Below are positions 29,338 to 39,675 of a stretch of 64,000 bases of DNA, piece by piece (position 1 is the stretch's first letter; each line of letters begins with the position of its first letter). Both the position numbers and the translations under genes were made by a program. Below the pieces are notes generated by a model that was not told where the DNA came from, did no database searches, and was given only the letters and a program-made list of their open reading frames with translations. Source of the DNA: Candidatus Woesearchaeota archaeon B3_Woes (GTDB lineage Archaea; Nanobdellota; Nanobdellia; Woesearchaeales; B3-WOES); the NCBI GenBank assembly GCA_005222965.1, contig NJBG01000001.1:82323-146322 (forward strand), written 5' to 3'.

Positions 29338-30075
29338 TTAATTATTATTTTTTTTGGCTTCCTTAAGAGTTCTTTCTATGTCTTTGTTGTTGAAGTGCTT
29401 GTATTTCCATCCGCTTGTTTTTATGTATACTGCATCAATTCTCTCGGGTGTTAAACTTTTGCCCAGAACTTTTGATAATGCTTTTATGCATAATTTAAAT
29501 CCTTCTTCAACTGTTATAGAATCTTTATATTGTTTCTTAAGAATAGCTTCTATTTCTGTTTCTGATTCACCTATTGCGCAGGCTTTATAGCCAAAATATA
29601 TTCCAGTTGGATCTGTTTGATATAATACAGGTCCTGTACTGTCAATTCCGCCTACTAACATGCTAACGCCAAAAGGTCTTAATCCTGCTGATTGTGTGCA
29701 AATTTGTTTTAATTCACACATATCTTTTACAACGCTTAAAACATCAATTGTTGTATCATATGTTACTCTGTGTTGTTGTGCTTTTATCTGTGCTCTTTCA
29801 ATTAAAACTCTTGCATCAGATAAAATTCCTGAAGCTGTTACACCAACATGTTCATCAACCTGCCATATTTTTTCTACACTTTCAGGTAAAATTAAACTGT
29901 CTATAATTCTTTTGTCTGTTACTAATATAACACCATCTTGGCAAACTAGTCCAATCGCTGTTGAACCTTGTTTAACTGTTTTTTTAGCATACTCTACTTG
30001 TAATAATCTTCCGTCAGGGCTGAACATTGTGATTGCCCTGTCATATCCCATCATTTGATGTGAAACTGGTTCCAT
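29338..30075 (-). CDS. psmA: proteasome subunit alpha
   Basis: GYDRAITMFSPDGRLLQVEYA. Confidence 0.97.
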   Translation of the reverse strand: MEPVSHQMMGYDRAITMFSPDGRLLQVEYAKKTVKQGSTAIGLVCQDGVILVTDKRIIDSLILPESVEKIWQVDEHVGVTASGILSDARVLIERAQIKAQQHRVTYDTTIDVLSVVKDMCELKQICTQSAGLRPFGVSMLVGGIDSTGPVLYQTDPTGIYFGYKACAIGESETEIEAILKKQYKDSITVEEGFKLCIKALSKVLGKSLTPERIDAVYIKTSGWKYKHFNNKDIERTLKEAKKNNN

Positions 30076-30091
30076 TTTTCTTTTCCTCCTT

Positions 30092-30457
30092 TTAGGCTGC
30101 TATAAATTTGTCTTGTGCTTTTTTAAGGATACCACTTACCCCTACACTTTTAACAATAACTTCTTTATTATCTATCTCTTTTACAAAACATAATGATCCT
30201 TTCAAGTGATTTACCATTTTGTTATTTACTCTTATTATTCCTCTTTGTTTTTCTTTATTAAATTTATCATTTAATATTAATATTCCTGCTTTTGCTAAAC
30301 CCATTTCGCCTAAAAAATTATGGCAGCTTTGAAAAATGGCCTTTGAAATGCTGTTTAAGTTGTTTATTTTGGTTTTTGATATGATTTCAAACACCAAATA
30401 TCTTTTTTTTTCCCTTAAACTTGGCAAAAGCGGTTTAATTTTCGTCATGGCTATCAT
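30092..30457 (-). CDS. rnp2: ribonuclease P protein component 2 (Pop5/Rpp14)
   Basis: PSLREKKRYLVFEI, GVSGILKKA. Confidence 0.92.
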   Translation of the reverse strand: MIAMTKIKPLLPSLREKKRYLVFEIISKTKINNLNSISKAIFQSCHNFLGEMGLAKAGILILNDKFNKEKQRGIIRVNNKMVNHLKGSLCFVKEIDNKEVIVKSVGVSGILKKAQDKFIAA

Positions 30458-30573
30458 TTCCTTATATTTAACGAGAAAACAGTTTGGTTAAAAAACCCAT
30501 ATAAGCCATCTATTTTTCTTCTCTCGTATTACCCAGAAATCATTTCCAATTTAAAAAGTTTGTGGTTTATGCA

Positions 30574-31341
30574 TTAATCGCTTCCACTTTTAACATTTAC
30601 AAAATTATATGTTTTTGATAGAACGTCTTGACAGTTTAAACAACTAACATTAACATCAACAGAAAAGATTCCTTGATCATTAATTTTAAATTGTATTATT
30701 TTATCAATACAAGAATAAGATTTTGCTGGTATCTCATCATAATACGTTGTTTCTTCTATAAGGTTATTTGTACTTATAAGTATACTAATTTCTCCACTAT
30801 CAATCTCTCCTTTATTAACAATGCAAAATTCGGCTAAAGTAGAATTTCTAATAAGTTCTCTTTCAATATCTTCATCTTCTAAATTTGAATGGGTTATATC
30901 TAAAAAAGCTGTGGTTTTTAATTCTTCAAATTCTAATATTTTTTGATTAAATTCGTTTTGTTTATTATTTATTTTAATATAAATTATTATGTTAAAAGCA
31001 GAGAAAACAAACAAATAGAGGGTTATCAACACTGTTATTACTTTTAATTGAAGGTCTGTATCTCTGTGTCTTGCGCTATGTCTTGTTGTGATTAGTTTTT
31101 GTAACTCTTCTTTTAATTGATAATTATTTAATACATTGTAATAATCTTTATTTTTAAGAATTTTTTTTTGAAGAAAAGGATAATCATTGATGATTTTTTC
31201 TACCCTACAAAAATCCTTATGAAATTTTTTTTTAAGTTCAGAAAGATCTACTTGATTCTTTTCTAAGTCTAAAATATAATTAAGGATTTTTATTAAGATT
31301 TGCGTTCTTGGTTTTTTAAATAATTTGTCTAAAATAATCAT
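30574..31341 (-). CDS. membrane-anchored hypothetical protein, C-terminal CARDB-like beta domain
   Basis: Central TM helix, IVNKGEIDSG motif. Confidence 0.55.
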   Translation of the reverse strand: MIILDKLFKKPRTQILIKILNYILDLEKNQVDLSELKKKFHKDFCRVEKIINDYPFLQKKILKNKDYYNVLNNYQLKEELQKLITTRHSARHRDTDLQLKVITVLITLYLFVFSAFNIIIYIKINNKQNEFNQKILEFEELKTTAFLDITHSNLEDEDIERELIRNSTLAEFCIVNKGEIDSGEISILISTNNLIEETTYYDEIPAKSYSCIDKIIQFKINDQGIFSVDVNVSCLNCQDVLSKTYNFVNVKSGSD

Positions 31342-31465
31342 ATAATTAGTAAAATCTTTTTAATACTTAAATGTATCATTTTCACTTGTCATTTGCCATA
31401 CAGCCTCAAAGTATATAAATAAGGTATACCTTACTATATTTAATATTGAGTAGGGGTGATAAACA

Positions 31466-31588
31466 ATGCCAGACAACCTTAAGAAAAAAGGACCAAAAGA
31501 TAGAAAAAGGCAAAGTAAACAACCTTGGGAAAGGGCACATGCGCCAAAACGTAAGTCTCCTGGAACAAGAAATAAAAGCAGAAATTGA
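31466..31588 (+). CDS. small basic protein (40 aa, missed by ORF track)
   Basis: GGGGTGA RBS then MPDNLKKKGPKDRKRQSKQPWERAHAPKRK... Confidence 0.5.
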   Translation: MPDNLKKKGPKDRKRQSKQPWERAHAPKRKSPGTRNKSRN

Positions 31589-31607
31589 AAAAGTTTGAGG
31601 TTATAAA

Positions 31608-31892
31608 ATGAGTGATTTACCATTATATTTAGATATCAGGGCATCGAAAAACTTCACAGAAAAGGAAGGATATTGGTATGATACAATTTCTACATGGATG
31701 GGTAGATTCAAGGAAGAAGGAAAAAAGAAAATTACTTTTTTAATTAATGATGAAGCAAAAGAAAATTTTATACAATTTTTAGATAATCATAATATTAAAT
31801 TTGAATATAGTGGGTTTGTATCTGAATTTTATAAAGATATGCCAACAGTTCCTATGCCTATTTCAGGTCAGATGTATACAATTTTTATTTAA
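31608..31892 (+). CDS. hypothetical protein
   Basis: 94-aa ORF with GAGG RBS. Confidence 0.55.
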   Translation: MSDLPLYLDIRASKNFTEKEGYWYDTISTWMGRFKEEGKKKITFLINDEAKENFIQFLDNHNIKFEYSGFVSEFYKDMPTVPMPISGQMYTIFI

Positions 31893-32244
31893 TAAGAACT
31901 ATAAAAGTAATTATCCATACTATAATTTGAATTGTAAAAGAAAAGAACACTAACCATCTTACTATTTTATAATAACCATGTTTTCCATCCATTGAACTTG
32001 GATAGTTTTTACGAATACAGTGCTCATAAATTGATCTGTTGATGTTAGATATAGCACTTTCAAATATCCATGTACCTAATGCAACAATTATAATCCAAAA
32101 ACAAACATATCTAACATAATTAACATCGATATTTTTAATATCTAAGAAGAGCGATAAAATAAAAACAATTCCACTCAAATAAAGGAGGTATTTATAATAA
32201 TTATTGATTTTAAGATTTTTAAAAAGTTCAGGAAATTCCCCCAT
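31885..32244 (-). CDS. small membrane protein
   Basis: Three hydrophobic segments. Confidence 0.55.
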   Translation of the reverse strand: MGEFPELFKNLKINNYYKYLLYLSGIVFILSLFLDIKNIDVNYVRYVCFWIIIVALGTWIFESAISNINRSIYEHCIRKNYPSSMDGKHGYYKIVRWLVFFSFTIQIIVWIITFIVLIK

Positions 32245-32257
32245 TTTAACTTATCTC

Positions 32258-32986
32258 TTAATTTAAATGTTTGATGTCTGGTTCAACTGGTTTTCCAAAT
32301 CCATCTTTGAAACATTTACAATTACATAAATAATTTTTACACTCAAATTCTTTTCCTTCATCTGTTCTTAGAGGATAGTTTGTTTTTTCTTTACAAGTTT
32401 CTTCACACATAATTTTTAAGCCTTGTGGATTTCTATAACAATCGGATGTTGTTTTACAACCAGCAAAAATAATTATTCCAAAAGAATCAAGTTTCCATTC
32501 TCCATTTTCCTTATTAAAATAAATTGAACCAGATGTTTCTTGATAACCATTATAGAATGTCACATCATAATATGCAATAGCTATTTCATCACTTTCCATA
32601 TCAATCTGTTTTAAAATTACTGACCTATAAGTATCTCTTCCTTTGAATTTAGGATATAAATATATAAATTCATCTCTTGTTTTATATTTTTGATGTCTAG
32701 AATGTAACATATCATATATATCACCAAATTTGTCTTGTTCTACAAATCTGCCAAAATCTTCTGCTGTTTCTCTAAATTTCTTTTCTTCGTTTTCATCTAA
32801 GGTTGTTTTTTCAGTTAGAATTTCTTCATTAACTTCATCTTCATCACAAATAGAATTATCATTATTATCTAAACAACAAGAAGCACCAACTAAGATATAT
32901 GGTTTGTTACAAGTAACTTTAACAACTTGTCTTTGTTCACAAGCTATTAAAAATAAAAATAAAATTATAAATATTATTTTTTTCAT
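32258..32986 (-). CDS. putative lipoprotein with Cys-rich ends and NTF2-like core
   Basis: LIAC lipobox, CNKPYILVGASCCLDNNDNSICD, KENGEWKL. Confidence 0.6.
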   Translation of the reverse strand: MKKIIFIILFLFLIACEQRQVVKVTCNKPYILVGASCCLDNNDNSICDEDEVNEEILTEKTTLDENEEKKFRETAEDFGRFVEQDKFGDIYDMLHSRHQKYKTRDEFIYLYPKFKGRDTYRSVILKQIDMESDEIAIAYYDVTFYNGYQETSGSIYFNKENGEWKLDSFGIIIFAGCKTTSDCYRNPQGLKIMCEETCKEKTNYPLRTDEGKEFECKNYLCNCKCFKDGFGKPVEPDIKHLN

Positions 32987-33128
32987 AATATCGCCCCAAT
33001 TATTAAAACAAGTCTAATAATATATAAATATTTACATTTTATATCTAAAGGAGGTATATCCTTATATAAAGGAATTCTACTTACAGTTATTATGTTGTAA
33101 AATGTTGATAAATTGAAGAGGAATTAAA

Positions 33129-34079
33129 ATGATTAGTAAAAAAGAAAGATTAAATATCTTAAAATTTATTCAAAAAGAGGATACTCCTTCTATAGAAGAT
33201 ATTGTAAATAGTCTTAAATATAATTTAGAAGATGTTAAAGGTGCTTTAAAATATTTAGATGAAAAAAGACTAATCACATGTAAACTAAAATCAGTAGATG
33301 GTTTATGGAAAATGATTGATATCACGGCTGATGGAATAGATATGATAGAAGAGGAGCCCCCTGAACAAAAGAAAGAAACTTTCATAGGAAGAAACCTCCG
33401 GGTTTTTATTAGTTATTCTGAAGAAGATAAACTTATTGCTAAAGGTATTAAGGACGCTTTAAATCATTATGGTGTTCAAGGGTTTCTTGCTCATGAAGAT
33501 ATTCCAACTGGAGAAGACTGGGTTGAATCTATCAAAAGAGGTATAAAACAAAATGATATTTTTATTGCCATGTTATCAAAGAAGTATAAAGAATCAGACT
33601 GGACTGATCAAGAAGTAGGAATTGCAGTAGCAAACGAAAAGCTGATAATTCCTGTTTCAATTGATGGTTGTATGCCTTATGGATTTATGATGAAATATCA
33701 AGCTTTTAAAAAATTTAAATATGAAAAAGGCAAACACCATAATGGAAAAGAATTTATCTATTGTTATGGTGATGTTTTTAAAATTATAAAGATGATTGGA
33801 CAGAAAGAAGAATTCAAAGAAAATTTAAAAGATTGTTTTATATCGAGTTTAAAGAATGCTGGTAGTTTTAGGGGTGCTGAAGAGATAATGGAAACCTTGG
33901 TTGGATTGGGTTCTTTTAATAGTGTCCAAATCAATCAAATAATAATTAATTGTTCACTTAATAATCAAGTTTATCAAGCTAATGGTTGTCAACCAATTAT
34001 TAGAAATCTTATTAAAGAATATGATAAAAAGATTGATGAAGAAAACAAGGAAAAGATTAAAGAAGTAATGGCGTTATGA
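33129..34079 (+). CDS. wHTH-TIR domain protein
   Basis: VFISYS, FLAHEDI..GEDW, SDWTDQEVGIA (catalytic Glu); N-terminal HTH-like region. Confidence 0.88.
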   Translation: MISKKERLNILKFIQKEDTPSIEDIVNSLKYNLEDVKGALKYLDEKRLITCKLKSVDGLWKMIDITADGIDMIEEEPPEQKKETFIGRNLRVFISYSEEDKLIAKGIKDALNHYGVQGFLAHEDIPTGEDWVESIKRGIKQNDIFIAMLSKKYKESDWTDQEVGIAVANEKLIIPVSIDGCMPYGFMMKYQAFKKFKYEKGKHHNGKEFIYCYGDVFKIIKMIGQKEEFKENLKDCFISSLKNAGSFRGAEEIMETLVGLGSFNSVQINQIIINCSLNNQVYQANGCQPIIRNLIKEYDKKIDEENKEKIKEVMAL

Positions 34080-34163
34080 AGATTTATAGAAAAAAATTTT
34101 AATTTTTCAAACACCAGCTTCCAAAGACCTCCAAAGAAACATGGCCCAAAAATACATCAGAAT

Positions 34164-34946
34164 TTAAACAACTACTTCCTGAACAGGCCCATCATAACCA
34201 ACAGCCTTTTGTAAATTCTTTAATAGCTTTCCTGTCTTTCTTGTTCCTTCAGGCATGTTATCAATAAAATGAGATGCATAATCTCTAACTACTTGAGCTA
34301 TTTCAGGATCAGGATTTTGCTGATCAATATACAACAATGCTCTAACTCCTTGGAATATATTATCCCTACTATGATTTTTTTGTATATGTTCAAAAATCTC
34401 TTGTGATAATTCCAATGGAGTCGAAGCCACAATCTCAGCAGAATCCATCTCAACAACCTTTTCCCAAAATTGGAAAAGATAATCTGAACTATCATAACAT
34501 CGTTGTGCAATATTTCTCATACTATCATATTCTGTAGTTGAAGTAAATGCTCTATCTATTTGACTATATATAGAATTACCAATAGTTCTCAGTTCATGTA
34601 ATACATTTTCATGATCAAAATGTTCAGTTGCCCATTTATAATTTGTATAACTTATATATTTTGTATCAGTTCCCATACTCATTAAAGATGTAATATCTGT
34701 TCCATTTAGTATATCCTCTAAAATCTGTTTAGTGGTTAGATTATGATGTGCTGTTCTTTGATTATTTCTTATAAATTCCTCAGATAAAGGTTGTGAATGT
34801 GTAGTTGGAAATAAGGCATCATAAGCTCCTAAAATACTAGCTGTTGTTTCAATCTCTTCAGCAGAATCAGCTTTTCTTTTTCTAATCTGAGATACAATCT
34901 GTGTTACAGCATCTTTATTAATTCCATGCATTATTTCATGAACCAT
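34164..34946 (-). CDS. hypothetical protein
   Basis: 260-aa ORF directly downstream of 34954-35667. Confidence 0.6.
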   Translation of the reverse strand: MVHEIMHGINKDAVTQIVSQIRKRKADSAEEIETTASILGAYDALFPTTHSQPLSEEFIRNNQRTAHHNLTTKQILEDILNGTDITSLMSMGTDTKYISYTNYKWATEHFDHENVLHELRTIGNSIYSQIDRAFTSTTEYDSMRNIAQRCYDSSDYLFQFWEKVVEMDSAEIVASTPLELSQEIFEHIQKNHSRDNIFQGVRALLYIDQQNPDPEIAQVVRDYASHFIDNMPEGTRKTGKLLKNLQKAVGYDGPVQEVVV

Positions 34947-34953
34947 TTTAATT

Positions 34954-35667
34954 TCAAAAACTATAACTCACACTAAATCCTAAACTATTATTGCTTTTAA
35001 AACTTTTTCCAATTGCTTCAAAATGATGAATATCTGAAACAAGAGACAAATTTTCAGTTAGTTTAATTGAATAATCTGCCCTGATTCTAATCCCTGCTAT
35101 TTCAGTCCCTTCTATAAAGTATTGATTATTACCTAATAAAACCATAGAAACGTGAAAATCACTAATTGAAGTGTTAAATCCTCCTTCTACAACAACACCA
35201 TCCCCGTCCTCAGTATAATCAACAGTGCATTCAAGTCTAGCATTAAGTGAATTATCTCCTTCTTTATGAATAGAATAGTCTAAAATTAATGAAACTTCTT
35301 CTAAGTTTAAATCATCTCTTTTAATATCATATCTTACCCAGGCAAAAGTTCCTTTAAAATCATCAGTTAAGTTTTTAGAAACACTCACTCCAAAATCTGT
35401 TTCTTTTTTAAACCCAGGATCTATCTCATAGCTTCCCCAAAACCAACTATTTAATTTATAACCATCTTTCCCAAATTGTATGTAAGCAATTGGTTGTACA
35501 GAAGGAGTTGGGCTTGGTACAAAACCACGAAGATTGGCATACTGGTCAGTAACTCTTGTTTCAATACCGCCATTTACTGCTAATTTGTCCTGAGCACTAA
35601 CTTCTCTTGCTAAACCAAGAGCTAATAATAACGCAGATAAACTTAAGATTGATTTAGTTAGAGTCAT
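34954..35667 (-). CDS. secreted beta-barrel-like protein (resembles bacterial outer-membrane porin)
   Basis: Signal peptide ending VSA-Q, amphipathic beta strands, C-terminal GFSVSYSF. Confidence 0.55.
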   Translation of the reverse strand: MTLTKSILSLSALLLALGLAREVSAQDKLAVNGGIETRVTDQYANLRGFVPSPTPSVQPIAYIQFGKDGYKLNSWFWGSYEIDPGFKKETDFGVSVSKNLTDDFKGTFAWVRYDIKRDDLNLEEVSLILDYSIHKEGDNSLNARLECTVDYTEDGDGVVVEGGFNTSISDFHVSMVLLGNNQYFIEGTEIAGIRIRADYSIKLTENLSLVSDIHHFEAIGKSFKSNNSLGFSVSYSF

Positions 35668-35782
35668 TTTTATTAATATTTATCTAAGTAAAGAATTATT
35701 TATAAACTTTGCTATTATAACCACTTCAAAATAGTAATATAACCTTTTTCAGTTAAATTTATATACGAATGGTTTATTATAT

Positions 35783-36058
35783 TTGATTATGAAATACGCA
35801 ACTAAATCTGTGCTTGTGGCCAGACTACCAAGAAAAGGAAATAACGAGTTCAAAACAGCATCAATTAAATTATTTGAAATTAATAATCCGCATAAAACAG
35901 ATCAATTGCCAACAGAAAACTTAGAATTTGAAAACATAGAAAAAATCAAAATCAAAAACCAGGAATCAGACTATTTCTTAGAAGGAAATGACATTATAAT
36001 TAACAACCTGGAGTTCATACACATTGACAAAAAAGGCAGCACAATAGAGTTATCCTAA
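35783..36058 (+). CDS. hypothetical protein
   Basis: 91-aa ORF ending 2 nt before proS. Confidence 0.6.
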   Translation: MIMKYATKSVLVARLPRKGNNEFKTASIKLFEINNPHKTDQLPTENLEFENIEKIKIKNQESDYFLEGNDIIINNLEFIHIDKKGSTIELS

Positions 36059-36060
36059 AG

Positions 36061-37494
36061 ATGAAAGAGGAAAAAGGATTAACAGCCAAAAAAGAGGAAG
36101 ATATAGCTGAGTGGTATGAACAGGTTTGCCTAAAAGCAGAGCTTGCTGAATTCTCAAAAGTTAAAGGTTGTATGATTATAAGGCCAAATGGATACTCAAT
36201 CTGGGAAGAAATTCAAAACTATTTCAACAAAAACATCGTAGATAAAACAGGAACAAAAAATGCTTATTTTCCTTTATTTGTTCCAGAATCTTTTTTTAAA
36301 AAAGAAGCAAAACATGCAAAAGGATTCAGCCCAGAAGTTGCATGGCTGGACAAAGATATAACAAAAGATGGTGAAAGATTAGCAATAAGACCAACTTCTG
36401 AAACAATTATGTATGATAGCTATTCAAGATGGGTAAGATCATACAGAGATTTGCCATTAAAAATAAACCAATGGTGCAATGTTGTTAGATGGGAGACAGA
36501 AGCAACAAAACTATTCCTAAGATCAAGAGAATTTCTTTGGCAAGAAGGCCATTGCGTCTATGAAACAAAAGAAGAGTGTGACAAAGAAACAAAATTAATT
36601 ATCAATTTATACAAAAAACTATGTGAAGATCTTCTAGCTCTACCAGTGTTAGTAGGAAACAAAACAGAAAAAGAAAAATTCGCAGGAGCAGAATACACAC
36701 TATCAATTGAAGCTTTTATGCCCGATGGCAAAGCCTTACAATGTGGAACATCACATCAGTTAGGACAGGGATTTGCAAAATCATTTGGAATTAATTTCCT
36801 AGGAAGAGATGAAAAAAAGCATACTCCTTGGCAAAACTCATGGGGATTGTCAACAAGATTGATTGGAGGACTAGTAATGGCCCACTCAGATGACAATGGT
36901 TTAGTACTGCCACCAAAAGTTGCAAAAAACAAACTAGTTATCGTACCTATAATTTTCGAAAAAACAAAAGATAAAGTAAATAAAAAAGCAGAAGAAATAA
37001 AAAAATCACTAGCTAAATTCAACCCAATTCTAGATGACAGAGAAGATTATAGTCCAGGATGGAAATATAATGAGTGGGAACTAAAAGGGATCCCATTAAG
37101 GATTGAAATAGGACCAAAAGATTTAGAAAAAAACCAGGCAGTTGTAGTTAGAAGAGATACTCACGAAAAAGAAAACATAAAAATAACTAACCTAGCTAAA
37201 AAAATACCAGAATTATTAGATGATATTCAAGATAATCTATTCAAAAAAGCAAAAAAATTCTTAAATGATAATATTATAGAAATAAAAAACTGGGATGAAT
37301 TTAAACAAGGAATAAAAAGCAAAAAAATAGTAAAAACAGTCTGGTGCAACAACATAGAATGTGAGGAAGATATTAAAGATAAAACAGGCGCTTCTACAAG
37401 ATGCATTCCATTTGATGAAAAACAAGTAAAAGGAACCTGCCCGCACTGTAAAAAACAGGCAAAAGTATTGATTTACTTTAGTAAATCATATTAA
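36061..37494 (+). CDS. proS: proline--tRNA ligase (archaeal/eukaryotic type)
   Basis: IRPTSET, REFLWQEGH, GTSHQLGQ, C-terminal Zn domain ending KSY. Confidence 0.97.
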   Translation: MKEEKGLTAKKEEDIAEWYEQVCLKAELAEFSKVKGCMIIRPNGYSIWEEIQNYFNKNIVDKTGTKNAYFPLFVPESFFKKEAKHAKGFSPEVAWLDKDITKDGERLAIRPTSETIMYDSYSRWVRSYRDLPLKINQWCNVVRWETEATKLFLRSREFLWQEGHCVYETKEECDKETKLIINLYKKLCEDLLALPVLVGNKTEKEKFAGAEYTLSIEAFMPDGKALQCGTSHQLGQGFAKSFGINFLGRDEKKHTPWQNSWGLSTRLIGGLVMAHSDDNGLVLPPKVAKNKLVIVPIIFEKTKDKVNKKAEEIKKSLAKFNPILDDREDYSPGWKYNEWELKGIPLRIEIGPKDLEKNQAVVVRRDTHEKENIKITNLAKKIPELLDDIQDNLFKKAKKFLNDNIIEIKNWDEFKQGIKSKKIVKTVWCNNIECEEDIKDKTGASTRCIPFDEKQVKGTCPHCKKQAKVLIYFSKSY

Positions 37495-37507
37495 AAAAAG
37501 AAGAAAA

Positions 37508-38209
37508 TTAAATTATAGACACAAATGTTGGTGGTCTATTAACGTCTTCTACTGTTACTTTAACATCTTGATGTTTGTCATTAACACCATCAGAAACAGT
37601 AACTCTGACAATATAGTCACCAGCTGAGTTATAATCTAATTCTTTTGTATCTGAAGTCATCCATCCAGAATATGTTATTGTTATTGGTTTACCTTCTGGA
37701 TCAAGTGCTTTTGGTGATAATGCTACTGTTTCACCTTCCTTAACCACTATATCCTTTATCTTTTCTAAAACTGGATCTTTGTTTACTTCTTCTACAATAA
37801 TCATTACATCTTGTTTAATTTGTGAAGCTCCATCTGATACAGTTATTGTAACTGTATATTCTCCAGCATCTCCTTCTTCAGTCTGCCATTCTCCTTTAGG
37901 ATTTAGTGGCTGAGAAAATGTATAAGTTATCTTGTCTCCATCTGGATCAGTTGCTTCAAGATTTGGGAAGCTAACAAGAACCCCTTCATCAACCTTTAAA
38001 GTAAGAACTTCTTTTACTTCTTCTACAACTCCTTCTTCAGATGGTTCTTCTTCAACAACATCTTCTGATGTATCTTCTACTAAATCTACTAAATCAATGT
38101 AAGTAACCCCTTCTTCTTCAAAAGATTCAGGTGGTACAGGTGAGATATAACTACACCCAACTACAAAAATCATTAATAACACTGCTCCTAAAGAAATTAT
38201 CTTTTTCAT
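37508..38209 (-). CDS. lipoprotein with Ig-like/cadherin-like repeats
   Basis: VVGC lipobox; repeats ATDPDGDKITY...VTVSDG...VNRPP. Confidence 0.75.
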   Translation of the reverse strand: MKKIISLGAVLLMIFVVGCSYISPVPPESFEEEGVTYIDLVDLVEDTSEDVVEEEPSEEGVVEEVKEVLTLKVDEGVLVSFPNLEATDPDGDKITYTFSQPLNPKGEWQTEEGDAGEYTVTITVSDGASQIKQDVMIIVEEVNKDPVLEKIKDIVVKEGETVALSPKALDPEGKPITITYSGWMTSDTKELDYNSAGDYIVRVTVSDGVNDKHQDVKVTVEDVNRPPTFVSII

Positions 38210-38289
38210 TTATTAAACACCTCATTTAATTGTTATTACTTAGGAATATAAAACCAGTTTATAAACTTTTATGTAGTAAAGAATATAAT

Positions 38290-38880
38290 TTAGTCACCAC
38301 TCCTCCTCGACAAAAAAACACCAATCAATAAAAAAATAACTCCAAACATCATTGAATTAAGAATTATATTCAAAGTAGCATCATAAAAAAACTGCCTTGG
38401 AAACAAACTGATTATTGTTGAATCAATAGGAAATCTCCAATTGCCTTGAGGAAAAAATATTAGATGAAACTTAATAAACAAATTGTAAAAATTAAACATT
38501 ATAAAAGGCACAGGCAAAACTAAACTAAGAACTCCTGAAGAAATTAATAATTTAGAAAGTTTTTCCTTAGAATAAAAAAGCAACAGCGATAACAAAGTTA
38601 TATTAAACAACGACAAAAACACAAAAAATCTTTTAAAATTTCTAATAACTTCTTTGACATCTTCTAAATGTGATTTTTCCTTGGAGTTAAAAACACCAGG
38701 AACTTCATTTTCATCTCTAAAAAATCCTAATAAAGATTTATGGATATCATCTGCACCATCTACATTACTATAATTCTTATAAAATTCTAAATCAAAAATT
38801 AAATTATCAGTAGAAGCAAGATACAAACTTAAGACTAAACTAATAGTTAAGAAGAAAATCAAAAAATTACCTAATTTCAT
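38290..38880 (-). CDS. DUF1461/TIGR01906 integral membrane protein
   Basis: EKSHLEDVK, FIKFHLIFF..GNWRF, LFPRQFF. Confidence 0.8.
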   Translation of the reverse strand: MKLGNFLIFFLTISLVLSLYLASTDNLIFDLEFYKNYSNVDGADDIHKSLLGFFRDENEVPGVFNSKEKSHLEDVKEVIRNFKRFFVFLSLFNITLLSLLLFYSKEKLSKLLISSGVLSLVLPVPFIMFNFYNLFIKFHLIFFPQGNWRFPIDSTIISLFPRQFFYDATLNIILNSMMFGVIFLLIGVFLSRRSGD

Positions 38881-38963
38881 ATAATTAAAATATAATCTTA
38901 TTATATAAATTCTGTGAAATTTTTCCGAAAATTTTAAATACTCCCTAAAAACCCAAATTTAGA

Positions 38964-39116
38964 ATGTCAGAAGAAGAAATATATGATGAAGAAGGAAGAG
39001 AAGAGATGGCAGATGACTCTGAAATAAGCCCTGAAGAAGAAGGATTTATGAAGGGTTATGAAGACGCTGATGAAGAAGAACCAAAAGAAGACGAAGAAGA
39101 TAAAGAAGAATTATAG
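38964..39116 (+). CDS. small acidic protein (50 aa, missed by ORF track)
   Basis: MSEEEIYDEEGREEMADDSEISPEEEGFMKGYED...; upstream BRE/TATA. Confidence 0.7.
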   Translation: MSEEEIYDEEGREEMADDSEISPEEEGFMKGYEDADEEEPKEDEEDKEEL

Positions 39117-39184
39117 ATCTTTAAGAATTTGGTTTAATAATAGCTTATTCTACTACGATATTTAAGAAAAAATAAAAAAAGTAG

Positions 39185-39334
39185 TTATCTTCTCTCTACT
39201 TTTTTTTCAATAAAATTCAACAATCTATTTGTTCTATCGCTCATATGTAGCACAAGACATTTTGAGTCTTTGCTATCATCATAAGCAACGCATTCTTTTA
39301 TACAGTCTCTATCCACAAAAGGGCATCTTGCCAT
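39185..39334 (-). CDS. small Cys-rich protein (49 aa, missed by ORF track)
   Basis: MARCPFVDRDCIKECVAY...CLVL. Confidence 0.55.
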   Translation of the reverse strand: MARCPFVDRDCIKECVAYDDSKDSKCLVLHMSDRTNRLLNFIEKKVERR

Positions 39335-39366
39335 ATTATTACAAAACTAAATACTGAAAAGGAAAA

Positions 39367-39513
39367 TTAAGCCTTTCCCAGTATTCTACACACAGTTATT
39401 GCACAATTTGGGCATTTCCCTTTAGCCATCTTCATGCCTCTTTTATTAACAACTTCTTTTGGATCATTCATCTCTACTTTTTTCTTACACTTTACACAAT
39501 ATCCTTCTACCAT
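39367..39513 (-). CDS. DUF5679-like zinc-ribbon protein (48 aa, missed by ORF track)
   Basis: YCVKCKKK...KGKCPNC...RILG; GAGGTG RBS. Confidence 0.75.
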   Translation of the reverse strand: MVEGYCVKCKKKVEMNDPKEVVNKRGMKMAKGKCPNCAITVCRILGKA

Positions 39514-39675
39514 TTCAATGCACCTCACGCGTTTAACTATAAATTGCCAATTTTGGTCAATTTATAACATAAAAGAAGCTATTTATATATAAATCTATTG
39601 AAAATACAATGCATAACTAAGCATAAAACAAAAGGTTTAAATAATGTATTTATTTAGTATTTTATAGTAGTAAAA

